From NCBI GenBank assembly GCA_010405405.1, contig MU004243.1:305340-369339 (forward strand): a stretch of 64,000 nt of DNA, in the 5' to 3' direction. Shown one piece after another: positions 13,146 to 28,144 of the stretch (position 1 is its first letter; each line of letters starts with the position of its first letter). The notes beneath the pieces were generated by a model. That model was given only the letters and a program-made list of their open reading frames with translations. It was not told where the DNA came from and ran no database searches. Both the position numbers and the translations under genes were made by a program. This DNA is from Microthyrium microscopicum. Its lineage: Eukaryota.

Positions 13146-14194
13146 TGCGACAGTTGTACGATTCCTCCTAGGTTCCGCTATAGGATCCATCAGAAAGGGT
13201 TGATCTTCGTTTTCGGGCAGCGGGCGCAAACGGATGAAGCGGAAGAATAAAAGCGGTAGCGATATGACCGAGTACAGGAAGATGCGGTTTGCGCAAAAGT
13301 TGTAGATGGCGGAAATATACCTTTAAACAATAAAAATCTTCACTTTCCTAAGTTGGTTGTTAGTGGCGGCAAACGCGGTAACTGAGGCAAAAGAGGTGAT
13401 GGGGATGTGCAAGAAACGTACTGAAGACACCAGACCTGACCTATCCAACCCTCGGCGACCCCACCGAAGCACACCGACTCGACTAGAAAGTGTTGGTAAA
13501 AAAAGACGTTGTCTTGAAAAGACGGAGCTGGTTGATAAGGGAGAAGGAAGGGAGAGAAAGCGGGCGCGATGGGGGGCGCGAGGTTTTAGAGACTGAGACT
13601 TTTGGGCAGGCAAAAGCACAACCAACCAGACGACGCCTCACGTTCCAGTTGACGGTCCAGTACGATAGTGACTTGAGTGCTTTTAGCACTAGCGAAAGAA
13701 AAAAAACCTTTGATAGTTGCTACTACTAAGATACTACTTGGGGGTGCAGGGGCCTCGATGATTTACGCTCACGCCTTTGCTGGGCCCTTCCGCTCACCTT
13801 GAAGAGCTAAGGTTGCTTTGTCTTGATCAGCTTGCGCTATTTCGACACTTCATGTACGTTGAATGCATGACGGATATGCTCACTCGAGTAGCTACATGTT
13901 TTCCTCAGCCTCTGAGCCTCTGAGGAGCGTGCTACCGAAGGATTTTGATATACTGGCACGACTGAGCAGGCTTTTGAGCGGTATGAGCCGACCGCACTGC
14001 AGCAACATGCACAAGAACTGCGCCATCATCCTCTCCAAATTCCAGTAAAACCAACATGCTCATTCGCCATGTTACACCTTCTCCTGCACTCCACTGCACT
14101 GCCGAAAGACTGTGATGCAAATCACCAGACCCGTCGGAGCTGCTTTTAAAGGTGCAGTGGACCATGATCCCCCAACTTGAGCAGGGAAACGAGG

Positions 14195-14655
14195 GGCTGC
14201 TTCTAAAATCCCCCCTAAGATCTACTAAAATCCCCCTACGAAATTCAAGGCCTACCCACGAGCCCACTATAATAGATAAGGCTCCTAGATTGTGATATAT
14301 TATAGCTTAAGAAGAGAGCTTTTTAACGATATAAAAATAAATATATTTGATTATAGTTAAGGTAAATAAAACTAGAGTTGAAAAGCATTAATTTTCTAAG
14401 ATAAGATAAGCCTTATCTACTATCTAATCTAGAGATCTTAAAGATACTCTTTAACTTTAACCTTAAATTTAAAGCTATTAACTATGCTTTCCTTTAATAT
14501 TTTTTATATAGATATATAGAGTAGAAGCATAGCTATCTAATAATATCAAAATCTAGTTACATAACCTAGCATAAAGGAAGTAGTTAACTAGTAAACATGG
14601 GTACTTCAAGCGAGGGGGATTTTAGCAGATCTTAGGGGGGATTTTAGAAGCAGCC
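14195..14655. mobile_element. Non-autonomous TIR DNA transposon (MITE-sized, 461 bp) with RIP-mutated interior
   Basis: TIR GGCTGCTTCTAAAATCCCCCCTAAGATCT(A/G)CTAAAATCCCCCT (about 43 bp, one mismatch) at both ends. Identical 8-bp flanks AAACGAGG at 14187-14194 and 14656-14663. Interior is very AT- and TpA-rich. Confidence 0.88.
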
Positions 14656-15424
14656 AAACGAGGCCAATCAACCAGGTCTTGGGTGGACCTCCCATGCATT
14701 ACTTGTTCGTCTTGCACCGCGCTACTCCACGCGTTTCTGCAGTCCGTAACGCTCCGCAGACCCTCTGTACGACCTATCTGTGTCCTGTTCATAATCACAG
14801 CTTCATGGGGCACTGGTGGAAATTGAAGTTCGCTAAGATCCGGTCAAGCCAAGCATCGTGCAAAGAAACCAAGCATTGAGGAACCTCGGACGCTCGGAGC
14901 TCAGCTAACACATCTTAGTCAATGGCATGTTGAGGGAACCACATGAATTCATGGAAGTTTCGTCAACATCCCTGCTTTTGGCTATCGGTCGATTTCAACG
15001 CACATGGAAATCAAATACCAAAGATCATGAAATCTAGAGATGCGATCATGCGACGATCCAGACTCAAGAGACTAATGCAATCAAACTACACAAGTTTGCC
15101 AATATCAGGTTCTTCGACACTACCATATCTCAGCATCACACCTTCCTCAAATGGAATGTGCATGAAGAGTCGACATTCCTTCTGCCACATCCAATCTGCG
15201 TCGTCTTCATCACGGCCAAGCAGTGAGGTGAACGAACGGTAAGATCTCTATCGATGAATGGTCTTTCTATGTACCATGCCAACATATGAAATCCATCTGA
15301 TGATTTTTCGCTAATTCTAACTTTTGGGGGTCTAATGCTTTATTCTCCTTCGAACTCATAGTGATAGATCACTTCTGAGCATACGCTCATCATACACATC
15401 AGTCAAATAAAGAATACATATCAT

Positions 15425-17099
<1,675 letters not shown>

Positions 17100-18378
17100 G
17101 GTCAATGATTCGCAATGTATTTGTCCAAAAGCAGTGAGATTTGTGAATATATGAAGCAAGGAGAAGGGTTCAGATATTGCAGAGACTGAAGATTTTAAAA
17201 AAGGCTGCAAAGCTGCAAGAGCTGAGCAACTCCAAAGCTCTCAGCTCCATCCCTGCTTATGCACTGCCCGTGGTTGTATCCAATGAGGGAGGTAGCTGTA
17301 TGCATCGTGCCCGCCAGCAGCCCCACGACTTCATCTCTGCTTCTTGCAGGGACACCGCTCTTTGCCTTGCTCCAAAGTGGCTGTTGACTTGTCTCCCAGC
17401 TCAGATCATCGTCACCTGGTAGGGACGTTGACTTTCAGGCGGGTGTTAATGGGATGTGCCATGTAGAAGCCATGTGTCGGACCGGATTGGGAATTCACGG
17501 GAATTGTCCTGATATGGTCTCATCTCCGGGCACGGAATCTAACCGCATCTGTTTACAAACCATCGCATGCATATTCGCCTGGTCAAGTTCGAGGAGGTCT
17601 GCAAGGAACGTTGCTCCTCTTCTCTCGCGCGATTGAGAGGCATATAGGCACTTGACCATTGATCAGTTTCCAAGTAGGTTCTCAAGTATCCCTTTTGTAC
17701 TGACTCGTACTTATATCACTGGTCGATGCAATCGATTTCGGTTCTCAGTTATGTGGGGATGTCACTTAACCTTACCGTGTAATCACAACTCAAAATGCAC
17801 CATCTCAATCACTGGATGATACCGTCAATTATATTGTATCTTGAGGGATTTCGGGACCGTCAATGTGTTGACATTGACTAAACCATCAAGCCTAAAAAGC
17901 ACTCTGTCGATGATAACCTATATGCTTCTCTACACTGAGAATCCAATGCCAGCAGCACGCGGCTGACCAGTCAAGGGTCTGCTCATTCTGGGGTAACATC
18001 GTGTACATAAAATTGTAACGCACCACATAGTCCAGCCGTTGAGCTGGTTATCATCCACGAATTGACCTGGGGAACATAGCTTCCGTTCGTCCATTTGCAA
18101 AGGCCTGTCAGATTCTCATCCTAGCTATTAATCCACCAACCAAGCGAGCCAATGTGTCGACCTGAGCAGTCTTCTAGAACGCGGTGGGGGAAAATGAGCT
18201 CTGAAATTCCATATCTTGACTTGGAATAAGCATGCTCGGAACATTCCGAGTTCTCTCTTGTATGATGTACTGCATCGGCTGCGCTGACATGCCTGATCAT
18301 GGAAGGGAATAAGAGTAGATCAAAGTACGCCATGCTGAAGTAGTAGTCCAAGGATCTCTCCAAGCACCTACAATACCA

Positions 18379-19169
18379 ATGGCTTGCGAATCATCACCAG
18401 AGTCAACCGCCTTCTACGGTATGAAGAGGAAATATGAAGACGAGCTTAGCACTGCTGCCGACATGGACCATTGGAGTCTGGATGAATCTGATATAGAGGA
18501 ACGGAAAGTCAACAGAGACCAACACCGTCGCAAAAGAATGGCCAAATCCCGCCCCATGTCTGTTTCCTGTGACACCTGCAAGCAAAGAAAAGTCAAATGC
18601 AATCGCCAGAAGCCAAGCTGTGCCTGGTGTACGAAGAACGGCCATGTATGCGAATACAAGGAAAGAAAAAAGCCTGGACTTCGAGCTGGTTATGGCAGAG
18701 AGCTAGAAGCAAAGCTAGCAGAACAAGCAGTTCTCTTGAGTCAGTCTTCCTTCAGTATGATGTTGATTATATATACTAATGGGAAATAGAACAAATGCGA
18801 GCGACCATTCAACGTCACGAAACCATTATAGCCCAGCTCACCGCGGCCAACAGCTTCCATGCCTCTTCTCCTACATTATCTGTCACTTCTGAAGAAACAG
18901 TATACCAAATGAGTATGCCCAACGCTCAAATTACTCAGCCTGAGACACTACTGCTTCTTGATAAACCACTGAATTTCATGGATCGAACTGTGTTTGGGAA
19001 TCCATTCCCAGCTTACCCATCGCCAATATCTCCATTCATGGCCTACATAGATCCGTTTGAACAGAATCTTTCTCCTAACGAGCTTGAGAGATCTGAATTG
19101 TCCAAAATGGCCCCAATAACTCCAAGCATTTCGGAAAACTCAGTGTACATGTTAGCAAAGCATTCATGA
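18379..19169 (+). CDS. Zn2Cys6 binuclear-cluster protein, short or possibly truncated
   Basis: SCDTCKQRKVKCNRQKPSCAWCTKNGHVCEY followed by KKPGLRAGYGRELEAKL. Intron 18740-18789 links to ORF 18795-19169. The 3' end is uncertain; a further intron at about 19340-19387 is possible. Confidence 0.75.
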
Positions 19170-21532
19170 GTACGAAAAAGCACACCTGGCGTTCGGCTTA
19201 TGTTCAATGTTGGTTCTTCGGGGCGCTGGACCTCACGATAAAGCAAGATTCAACGCGCATTTCGGATGCTGAATGACACTATGGAGGACCTTCGAAAGGG
19301 AAGAAGTCATTTCATATCAAGCCGATTATTCTCCTGGTTGTAAGATCAAATTTTCCTTCCAACATCATTTGTCACTGACCCTTATAGCCATCAAATCTGA
19401 CGGGAAATCTCTCCTTCATAATTGAGTACAATTGGCCTGTCTCTGACTACAAAACAACGCCTTATAATGATCACAGCACGGTAAACTAAAACTACCAGTT
19501 GCTCGAATTGCTACATTTGTAGAAAACGATGCTGTAACTCACAGGTGGCGTCTAGGTATAAATTTATGGGCGGTAGTATACTACATACAATTAGATCACT
19601 TGTTACTCTGTGCTTCATAGGCTGTCTTTTTGAAGCCTGATTCGCAAGGGTCAGATGTGTAAACGATTGAATGACCTTATCCATTTCCCAGGCATTAAAC
19701 ATTCATTCATCTGTCGGAAGACTGTCAGGCTCTAATTCATATGCATGGCTCATAAGGCTAGGTTCACTATATGCCAACAGCTGAGGTACAATAGTACTGT
19801 CGATGAATGCCTTTGATACGCTCACCAATATGCAAGAACGACTATCCATTTGGCCTTAAGTTTGGGAATGCACTTGATGTCCACAAGATTAAGAAATACT
19901 GAAGTTCGAGAGAAGTTCAGGAATGTATTCTGCATGAGTTTCACAGAGCCTGATTGACTAGGGCCTCGGAGCCGTCATACCATGACGATGGAACCAGTTT
20001 AGAACTTTGGCCAGCGTGTCAGGCATCATCGAGCCTTTTGTAGTCAAATCATGCGAAAGGTACAGTTAGCACAGGTATACGCCCGCAGGAAGCCTTGCGA
20101 ACCACACCGCTAAGCGCTGGCCAAAAGAGGTGAGCGGCAACAAGGCGGCACTACAAATTGGGCGGTCAAAGCGGGCAGAGGCTCCATCACAACGTGCTCT
20201 GTGGGTGGAACAAAAGTGATGTATGCATGCGTGTGCAACACCAGGGGTCTGCGTGATGTGTCGAATGGGAATTCAAGGAAAGTGAGCAAACTGAAGGGAT
20301 GAAGTGGATGATTTGCGCTGGCAAGACTGCGGGCAGGTAAGGCAGGGCTACGGAAGCAGCATACTGTACTAACCAACAGCTTGCTGTGCAGGAACAGGAG
20401 GAATTTGAGAGTGCGGGGCCAATTAGAGAGCTGGAGACGTGTTGGTTTCAGATGGTCCGAGGAAGCAAGTTGAGCACATTGCTTGTTTGTTGGATATGAG
20501 CCAGCGCTTGATATTGTGATAGGTGATGTGGTCTTTTGATGGTGGACCTGCCTTTTGCGGCCTTTGGCAACGCTTTGAGCAGGAAGCTGTTCTTTATTGC
20601 AGGATGCGGAGAAGGAAGAAATGGCGAATATAAAAAGTGCAAATTGGAGACTGTGAGCATAAGCTGGAGTTGTCTGTGGTTGGCTGGAAAGGCGCCCTGG
20701 CTGGGGTGAGCAAGCGAGCATGCACTTTGTTTGGTGCAAATGGCGGGATGGATGATGATCAACGGACAAGCAAATGGGAGGCCGTGGCCAAGGAGGTCCA
20801 GATCTATGGCCTGAAAAGGTGCTACATACGATAATAAGGGTTGAATAATGGAAAGGATGAAGTTGGCCCCCTTGAAGTGCTATACAATGTATGTGTATGT
20901 GAGTCGATCTGGTATCTGGTATCTGATATCGTCTGATATCTTTGGGTTGCAGCCAGTTCAAGAATCATACGAAACGTAAGCTTAGCCGAGTGTAGTAGTA
21001 GAGGTGCTGCTGGAGTCATTTCACATTCTTGATACTAAGCTCCAGTTCTAGATGGTAATAATCTATAAAGATACGTCTCTTGTATGTACTCGTCAGTCTT
21101 CACTCTATAGTCTTCAAGGGTTGATCTTTGACAGATCGATCCTTCCTAGTTCTTACTGGCTCTTACTAACCTGGGAAGTTACGACTGCTCCCACCTGCAG
21201 CTGCCTTCCACGTTGCTTAGCCCATTGCGCTTGCCTTCCCCACCCCCCTTGGCCCATCGCTCCTTCCTATCCGCTCCTCACATCTCAACTCTCCACCACG
21301 CCGCCCTCATCACCACAACTTCTCCAACCACAACTACTCTACACCAGATCTTCCTTTCTCTACTTTACATCTGTATTCCAGTTCCTGACATCTCTTCTGC
21401 TGCTTTGAGAACAGGGCCACCACTTCTTGCCGCCTGCAAGTTCCATAGCTTCTTGCTCGCGATCATACACAGTTTTTGCTTCAGCTATTCCCGTCTTGCC
21501 CGGGTCAATTCCCTTCGACTCTCAGCAAGACC

Positions 21533-23214
21533 ATGTCTGCCCCCGTACCAATTCTTAGGCCTCCTATGCCTGGCCAAAGAGGCAGTGGCCCACGGTAAGT
21601 TTGTGTTCTGATTCTCTTCAGCCTAGTACTAGGCTCGGCGTCATGCGATAGATCCCGATTATCGCTTTGAACAATTATCGATCTCATGTGACATGAGGCA
21701 TAAACTGACTTTCATAAACAGTGCACCCAAACTTGGCCTCGCAATTCCTCCTTCACCCAATGTCAAACCAGTAACCGCACCTGTGCCTCAAGCGGCTCCC
21801 GAACAGCTTCCTCTTTCAAGACCAACCCCTCCCAGCCTGAAGCTAAACACACCGCCCAGCTTAAGATTAAATACTCCCCAACCGCAAGGTCGGCCTGGAC
21901 GTCCACAACTTAGCCTCGCCCCGTTACAACTTGGTGGATCGTCCGTCAGTGTAAACAGTCAGGCAACTGACAACTCACGAAATGGCAGTTTCGCTGATCC
22001 TGGCTACATCTCATCATCAGCGGCTTCTTCAGTATCTGGCTTTGGCGTTGGAGATCCCTCATCGGCGGTTGGCTCAACCACATCAGGTGGTGGTGGGAGT
22101 CCAGGGGCTGACAATGCAATGAGCATGCGAGAACTGGAGGCTCATCTTGACGAGATAAAAGCAACGCTAGATGGGCGAGAACCTGACGTTGCAGACTTGG
22201 ACGTTGATGGCTGGAAGGCTATGTCAAAATCTGGAAGGATCGAGGAATTGGGTAGTCTAGGAGAAGGTGCAGGAGGTGCAGTGACAAGGTGCATGATCAA
22301 AGGCGGAAAGACAGTTTTTGCCATGAAGGTAAAGTCAATGTTTGACGTCCTTGATATCAACTAACGGTCGTAGATTATAACAACAGATCCCGATCCCGAT
22401 GTCAAAAGACAAATTGTCCGAGAACTGGAATTCAACAAGACATGCGCCTCTGACCACATCTGTCGATACTACGGTGCATTTCTCGATGATAGCACAGGCA
22501 CTATAAGCATTGCAATGGAATTCTGCGAAGGTGGCTCTCTCGACAGCGTTTACAAGGAATGCATGCGACTGAGTGGAAGAGCTGGTGACAAAGTCCTTGG
22601 AAAGGTTGCTGATGGCGTACTAAACGGCTTGACCTACCTACATCAACATCGTATCATTCATCGCGACATCAAACCATCCAATATTCTTCTCTGCCGGAAT
22701 GGCCAGGTCAAGCTCTGCGATTTTGGTGTTTCAGGAGAATTCGGTACAAAGGGCGATGCGAACACTTTTATCGGTACTTCCTACTACATGGCACCGGAAC
22801 GCATTACTGGTCAAAGTTATAACATCAATAGTGATGTCTGGAGTCTGGGAGTTACTTTACTCGAAGTTGCGCAGCACAGATTTCCATTCCCAGCCGATGG
22901 CACTGAAGCTCAACCGCGCGCCAATCTCATCGATTTGCTCACATATATCGTCCGTCAACCTCCCCCAAAGCTTAAGGATGAACCTCACAAGAACATTTTC
23001 TGGCCTGAGAACATGAAGTTCTTCATTTCATGCTGGTAAGTATCAAAATTCTTTTCGTGAGCACAAAATCTAACCTCTTTGTAGTCTAGAGAAGAATCCG
23101 AAAGAAAGAGCTATGCCATGGCAAATGCTCGATCATCCCTGGATGCTCGAAATCAAGACCAAACGCGTCAACATGGAAAGTTTCCTCAAGACTGTATGGG
23201 ACTGGAAAGATTGA
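21533..23214 (+). CDS. MKK1: MAP kinase kinase of the cell-wall-integrity pathway (Mkk1/Mkk2/Pek1 type)
   Basis: [12 protein letters not shown]-terminus, [47 protein letters not shown]. Three introns; ends KTVWDWKD*. Confidence 0.93.
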
Positions 23215-23928
23215 TTTCGCTCTGCAAACAAGTCGTTCGCTAAAACCAAGCAAATACTTCTTCTTTTTATACCCAACCACCATGTCGACATGCCACCAAC
23301 CGATTCTGTTAGCATTTTTGCGCATTTATTACATTACACACCAACAACGATGCGTCATTTGTTTTCTACAGGAGATGACCAAATGAGAGAAATGTATGAT
23401 TTAAAGAGATAAAGAGATGGTGTGAAATTGGATTGAACCTGGCTCAACGCATGGGAGAGCGTTTCTCCAAAGAGGGAAAGCGGTCTGATGGGCTTTGGGC
23501 TCGATATTTTATGATATCTTATACGCTGGTGGTCAGATTTGAATAGAAAACAACTTTTCTGGGAAGATCACGTCCAAGATGATATATGAAGTAGTTCTTC
23601 GATGTTCGTGGAGGTTATTAACACTTTACAGATCGCTAGAAGCAGGTCTTGTCCAATTTGGATATTGGCTTCTACCGGCCAACACTATTCCTGGTTTAAT
23701 ATATTCTTTACGAAGGATCCAGACCCCAACAAAAATCCCTCAAAACTCCCGGCAGGTTGGTGATTGGCACGAAAAATAGACGATCTTGCCCTGGATGGAA
23801 CTCGCGAATCCTTCTAATATAAACAGCGGTGCAAGATTAAAAGATAGAATTGGCGTCAACTTCGTCTCTTGATGATGTAGGCGCGAATTGAGGCACCGTT
23901 GTTACCTACACGCGATCGTGGAGACATC

Positions 23929-26880
23929 ATGAGGTATCCTTTTTATTTGATACTGTGGACTGGCGTTGTGGTTCAGGGGAAGATCTTGAATAATGGTAAG
24001 ATATGCTTAAGTCATGACCATTGCTCGCGGCTAACGTAAAGATACGTAGACACGACACTCGAGGTATCCGAATCTCAAGCAAACGTTGCTACATCGACTA
24101 CTGAATCGAACCAGAGCAGTCAATCCTTGTTATACCCTCCAACTATTACGCCCTCGCCTACGATGTTGACTGAGGGACTGTATAATGTCACCGTAGAATT
24201 GGGCTATCCGCTGGAGGCACCAGTTGTCACAACAATCATCAATGTATCGCCAGGTAACTGTAGCTTTCCCCTACCGTCAGGAACAGGTAAGTCATGCGCA
24301 AAGTTCCCCAGATGTCCTCTGACTATTGCTAGGAAAGCAATATGCATCGTGCTGTAATGCGATTCAGACCAGAAATCGGAAGATATTATATTCTGCTTTC
24401 GAGAACCTGGATCTCGACGATGGCTCCATGTCATTTACAAACGTAGTATATTCCACAGTTGCTGTTACTTGTGGAGGCAAATACACCTATCTGGAGCCAA
24501 TCAGTTCAGAAAAAATAGATTTCGCAACCAGAAGCTATTCCGATACTCCAAAACCGCATAGTCCACAACTACAAACAAGGATAACATGTGAGTATAACGA
24601 GGAGGATTGCCCAGGACTTTGGGACGACTATCGACAAACTTTCAAAAGCTGGGAGAACAAATATCTTGCAAGCAAACCGTTCAATGAAGAGGATGAGCTA
24701 TCATATGGAGCATTTGGACCACCCCAATGTGGTGGTCCTGCTGATAATGAAGCTAGCGCACAATACTTCGATGAGTTTGCTTATCAGAATGCTACCTGTA
24801 TAATATTCACTGGGGTATGTTTCTGCACACCGCAGGCTATCTTATCACTCCTATCTCATCACTTGCTGACCAGGCGACAGACCGTCGATTTCTATTACAA
24901 ACCGGTACCTCCAGTCGACGATTTATGCGCCCCTTTACTCGCGTCGATAGTTTCAGCAGACGAGGATTCAGGTATGTGACTACCGTCTCTCTCCCTGCTT
25001 CTCCGATTCGAGCATCATTGTACTAGAAGTATCTAGAAATAAGTTTGACGAGACAATTCTAACTTAATTTGCAGCCGCCACGATTCCGAGGCCAACGATC
25101 ATGAGAACAGACAGAGTCTACTATTATATTCCCGAACTTACCGCGTCATGGGAAACTACGCACTGGCAGTCCCACTATCCCAGTCTTAATTATACGCATT
25201 TGAATGAATTGCCCTGCCTTCGCGACGTAATACCAAAATCCAATAGCTCGGAGAGGATGGAATCAGATTTCATACGATTCGATAACGGTACAAAGATGCC
25301 TAGGCCAAGTGTTCTAAACAAGAACCCATACTGCGTTGAAGATCTCTTGTTGGAACTCAAAAGTGAAGACGTGTCGGTTATAACGCTACACGGAGTAAGT
25401 TTGTTTTTGAGTTTTACTACTGTCAGCTCAGGACTACACTGAAGAAAAAACGTGCTGAAAAGAACACATTGGATCTATAGCAATGGATTTCTAGTGCTGA
25501 TTGTGTTATAGCAAAAACAGTTTAAGACGACATCGGCACTGAACTACGCGGCGCTAAATTGGCCATATCCAGGTGAGTGTTTCTGAAATTACCTTGGTCC
25601 TAGTTTTCTCACTCGATGAGTACCTGAGATGGATCTTGAGGGGTGATATCTCAATGATTCATAACCAATATGATCCCGAACCGCAGCCAGTGGCCATAAC
25701 ATTAACGAAATCTAGCCGATGCTTACTCCTCGCAATGGTGTGGTCTAGGGGCACCAAACTTTGGAACCCGATGCCAATATATTGTGAAGGACGCTCTAAA
25801 ACCAAGAATCAACTTTCCTTCTTCTACACTGCTCAAGATGTTCCCCGAATGGTCTAAATGCAAGTTTCATCATTATGGTAAGCTCCCAATGCTTGCTAAA
25901 ACAGTATTGCCACTAAGTAGAGTACGTAAGGCATGGAAGATCCACCAAAAACCCTCCCAACGGATGATTTTAACGACCCTGACGATTTACCAGGTCCAAT
26001 TCAAAAACCTGAACTGTCATCGGCCGCAAGATCTGCTGGCTCAGCTATGGCGATGACTCAGTCTGCAACTGAAGCTGCTATAGGCTGCTCCTTCACTGAG
26101 CCTGCAATGCCAGCTCAGGGGATTAATGCTGGGCCACTGGCTCTACCACGGCCAACCCGGCGGCCAATGCCAACTGTTCAGAGTAGCTCAGTCCGCGATG
26201 ATGCGACCAACTTGCAACAAATACCAACCAATCCCCAAGGCGTGTCACCAGGACTAAGAATTACTACCTTGACTGGAAAGTCGGGGGCTGCTTATACAGC
26301 CATCAGTCTTGAAGCGGGTATTTATATGGTTGATGGACACTTTGTTACGCATGGTAACCCGCCCGTGACACTTCAGGATGGCACGATCGTGTCATTGAAT
26401 CAAAAATCTGGTCTCGTTGCTAATGGACAAGCTGTTTCGTTCCTGGAATCGAAGATAGGCAGCATAGGGCTCATGGTTCAAGAACATAGCAATAAGTCAC
26501 CAACGATAATGGCCACCTTGAATAAGGACGGCAAGTACAGCATTATGGGAGCGACTTTGAACCCTGGCGCCGGCTCCATCACACTACCAAGCGGCACTGT
26601 CGTGTCTGTGGAAGAAAGCGGCCAATTGCGTGTCAATGGGCAACTGGCTCAACCCTCTTTGCTTCCGGATAGTTCGGTTGCTGATATGGGGGCAAATATT
26701 GCTGAATTTAGTGGTTTCGTTGGTATCATCCACAGCAGCTTGCCGGCACAAGGTCCACTTATCCAGGTCACCCCAACTTCAACCAAGAGTAGAGCAGAAA
26801 AGACAGTTCGCTTGCCACTCAAGATGGCATTTGTGTACGTAGCCTTGTTAGGTGGGCATGCTATGTTGTGGTGGTTATAA
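23929..26880 (+). CDS. Uncharacterised secreted, probably GPI-anchored multi-exon surface protein
   Basis: Signal peptide MRYPFYLILWTGVVVQG and about seven GT-AG introns linking ORFs 24127, 24326, 25101, 25784 and 25933. Cys-containing middle region, T-L-x-x-G-T-x-V-S repeats and a hydrophobic C-terminus. Internal junctions were read by eye. Confidence 0.7.
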
Positions 26881-26956
26881 AGCGAGCCCCGGAGTATGAC
26901 CCCTATATATGTTATTTTCCGTCTGCTTGGACTGCCAAACTCCCGACAGCTAATGT

Positions 26957-27505
26957 CTATTGCAACCATGGACGAATCGACTCTTCAACATATGATTCCG
27001 GAATACCTTGCCGCAGAGCCTCCTTAATGCCATTCTCCATTCGAACGATATACTCATCCCACGGGCTTCCAGGCTGGACGTACTCCCGGCTAATGTACAC
27101 AAGCTGTGTGCCGACCACCGACTCCTTGCTCTCTGGTACTGGTAATATTTCGATCTGATCGATTTCTCGATCAGCGAGGATATCCATCACTTTCATGTCA
27201 AATAGCTCTGGTGCAGCGGCAAAGAACTCTACATCTAGGTATTCTTTCTTGTAGGCATGTGGGACACCTTCATAGCGATCCAGGGCCGCCTCGTCGTCCG
27301 AATTTAGCCGGTAACATAAGCCATAGACCGATGTATCAGGATCTGTCACTTCGACCACGTTTGCGTATCCTCGCTCGTTGATCTGGAACTGGAAGCTCAG
27401 CAGGCGAGCGTGACCGAGAAAGCGACTTTGTGGGCAACGGTCTGCCATTTGCTGGAAGGCTAAGTTACTTCCGAAAGCAAAGTAGATGGTTCCAGCTGAA
27501 GGCAT
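26957..27505 (-). CDS. Gamma-glutamylcyclotransferase (GGCT/AIG2-like) family protein
   Basis: YFAFGSNL, F.INERGYANVV, VYGLCY.L and LDRYEGVP.AY motifs; no intron. The ORF is open upstream to 27598. Confidence 0.88.
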   Translation of the reverse strand: MPSAGTIYFAFGSNLAFQQMADRCPQSRFLGHARLLSFQFQINERGYANVVEVTDPDTSVYGLCYRLNSDDEAALDRYEGVPHAYKKEYLDVEFFAAAPELFDMKVMDILADREIDQIEILPVPESKESVVGTQLVYISREYVQPGSPWDEYIVRMENGIKEALRQGIPESYVEESIRPWLQ

Positions 27506-28144
27506 TGTAATTCTTGGTTTGCTGCTTCGTGTTGCGACTCTTCGTGGCTCCCTGTTCTGATTCCTTGAGCTCGTGGGTATTATTCTTCCACTATTCACCT
27601 ACATATGTTATGAACTTCGAGTCCCCTTGGGACCCAAAAGAAAATTCGAGTTGGAATTTCCTTCCGCTGTGTACTTCAGTACGGCCTGTGGTATTTGATT
27701 ATGACGGAATATTATCGCCCCACACGTGGGTGGCCATTGGCTAACGTCCAACAAGCAACAAGCAACAATGCCAAACCGTAAATATTTGAGTTTATACATG
27801 AAAAATGTGGCTTCATGATTTGAGAAGGGTTCTTCTGTGTGGCATGGATTCTTGGACTTCCAATGTCTGACCTTAACTATGTTATTCCTATTACTGCACG
27901 TTTTGTACCATTCGAGCCATTTGCGGCCAAAAGACTGCTTCGTTTTCACTATCAAGACCTGCTAGTAGCTTACAGCGCTCGGATCCCTTGAAGAAAATGC
28001 CTGGCTGGCTGTTTCCAGGATTCAAAAGCGTGGGTATATTAAACACTTTAGCCCTCTTCGCCTGCGACGGCCTATCAAGTTGCTCCATAAATCAGATCCA
28101 TGCCCATGTACTGAACCAATTCCAGCAATCAAGTGGCCCCTATT

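Noticed and set aside
20110..20961. 283-codon minus-strand ORF upstream of MKK1
   Set aside because: Non-ATG start, no recognisable domain, and composition like promoter or UTR sequence.
27608..28088. Short minus-strand ORFs next to the copia insertion (MEQLDRPSQAKRAK...) as a gene disrupted by the TE
   Set aside because: I could not build a coherent spliced model or see a continuation on the other side of the TSD.
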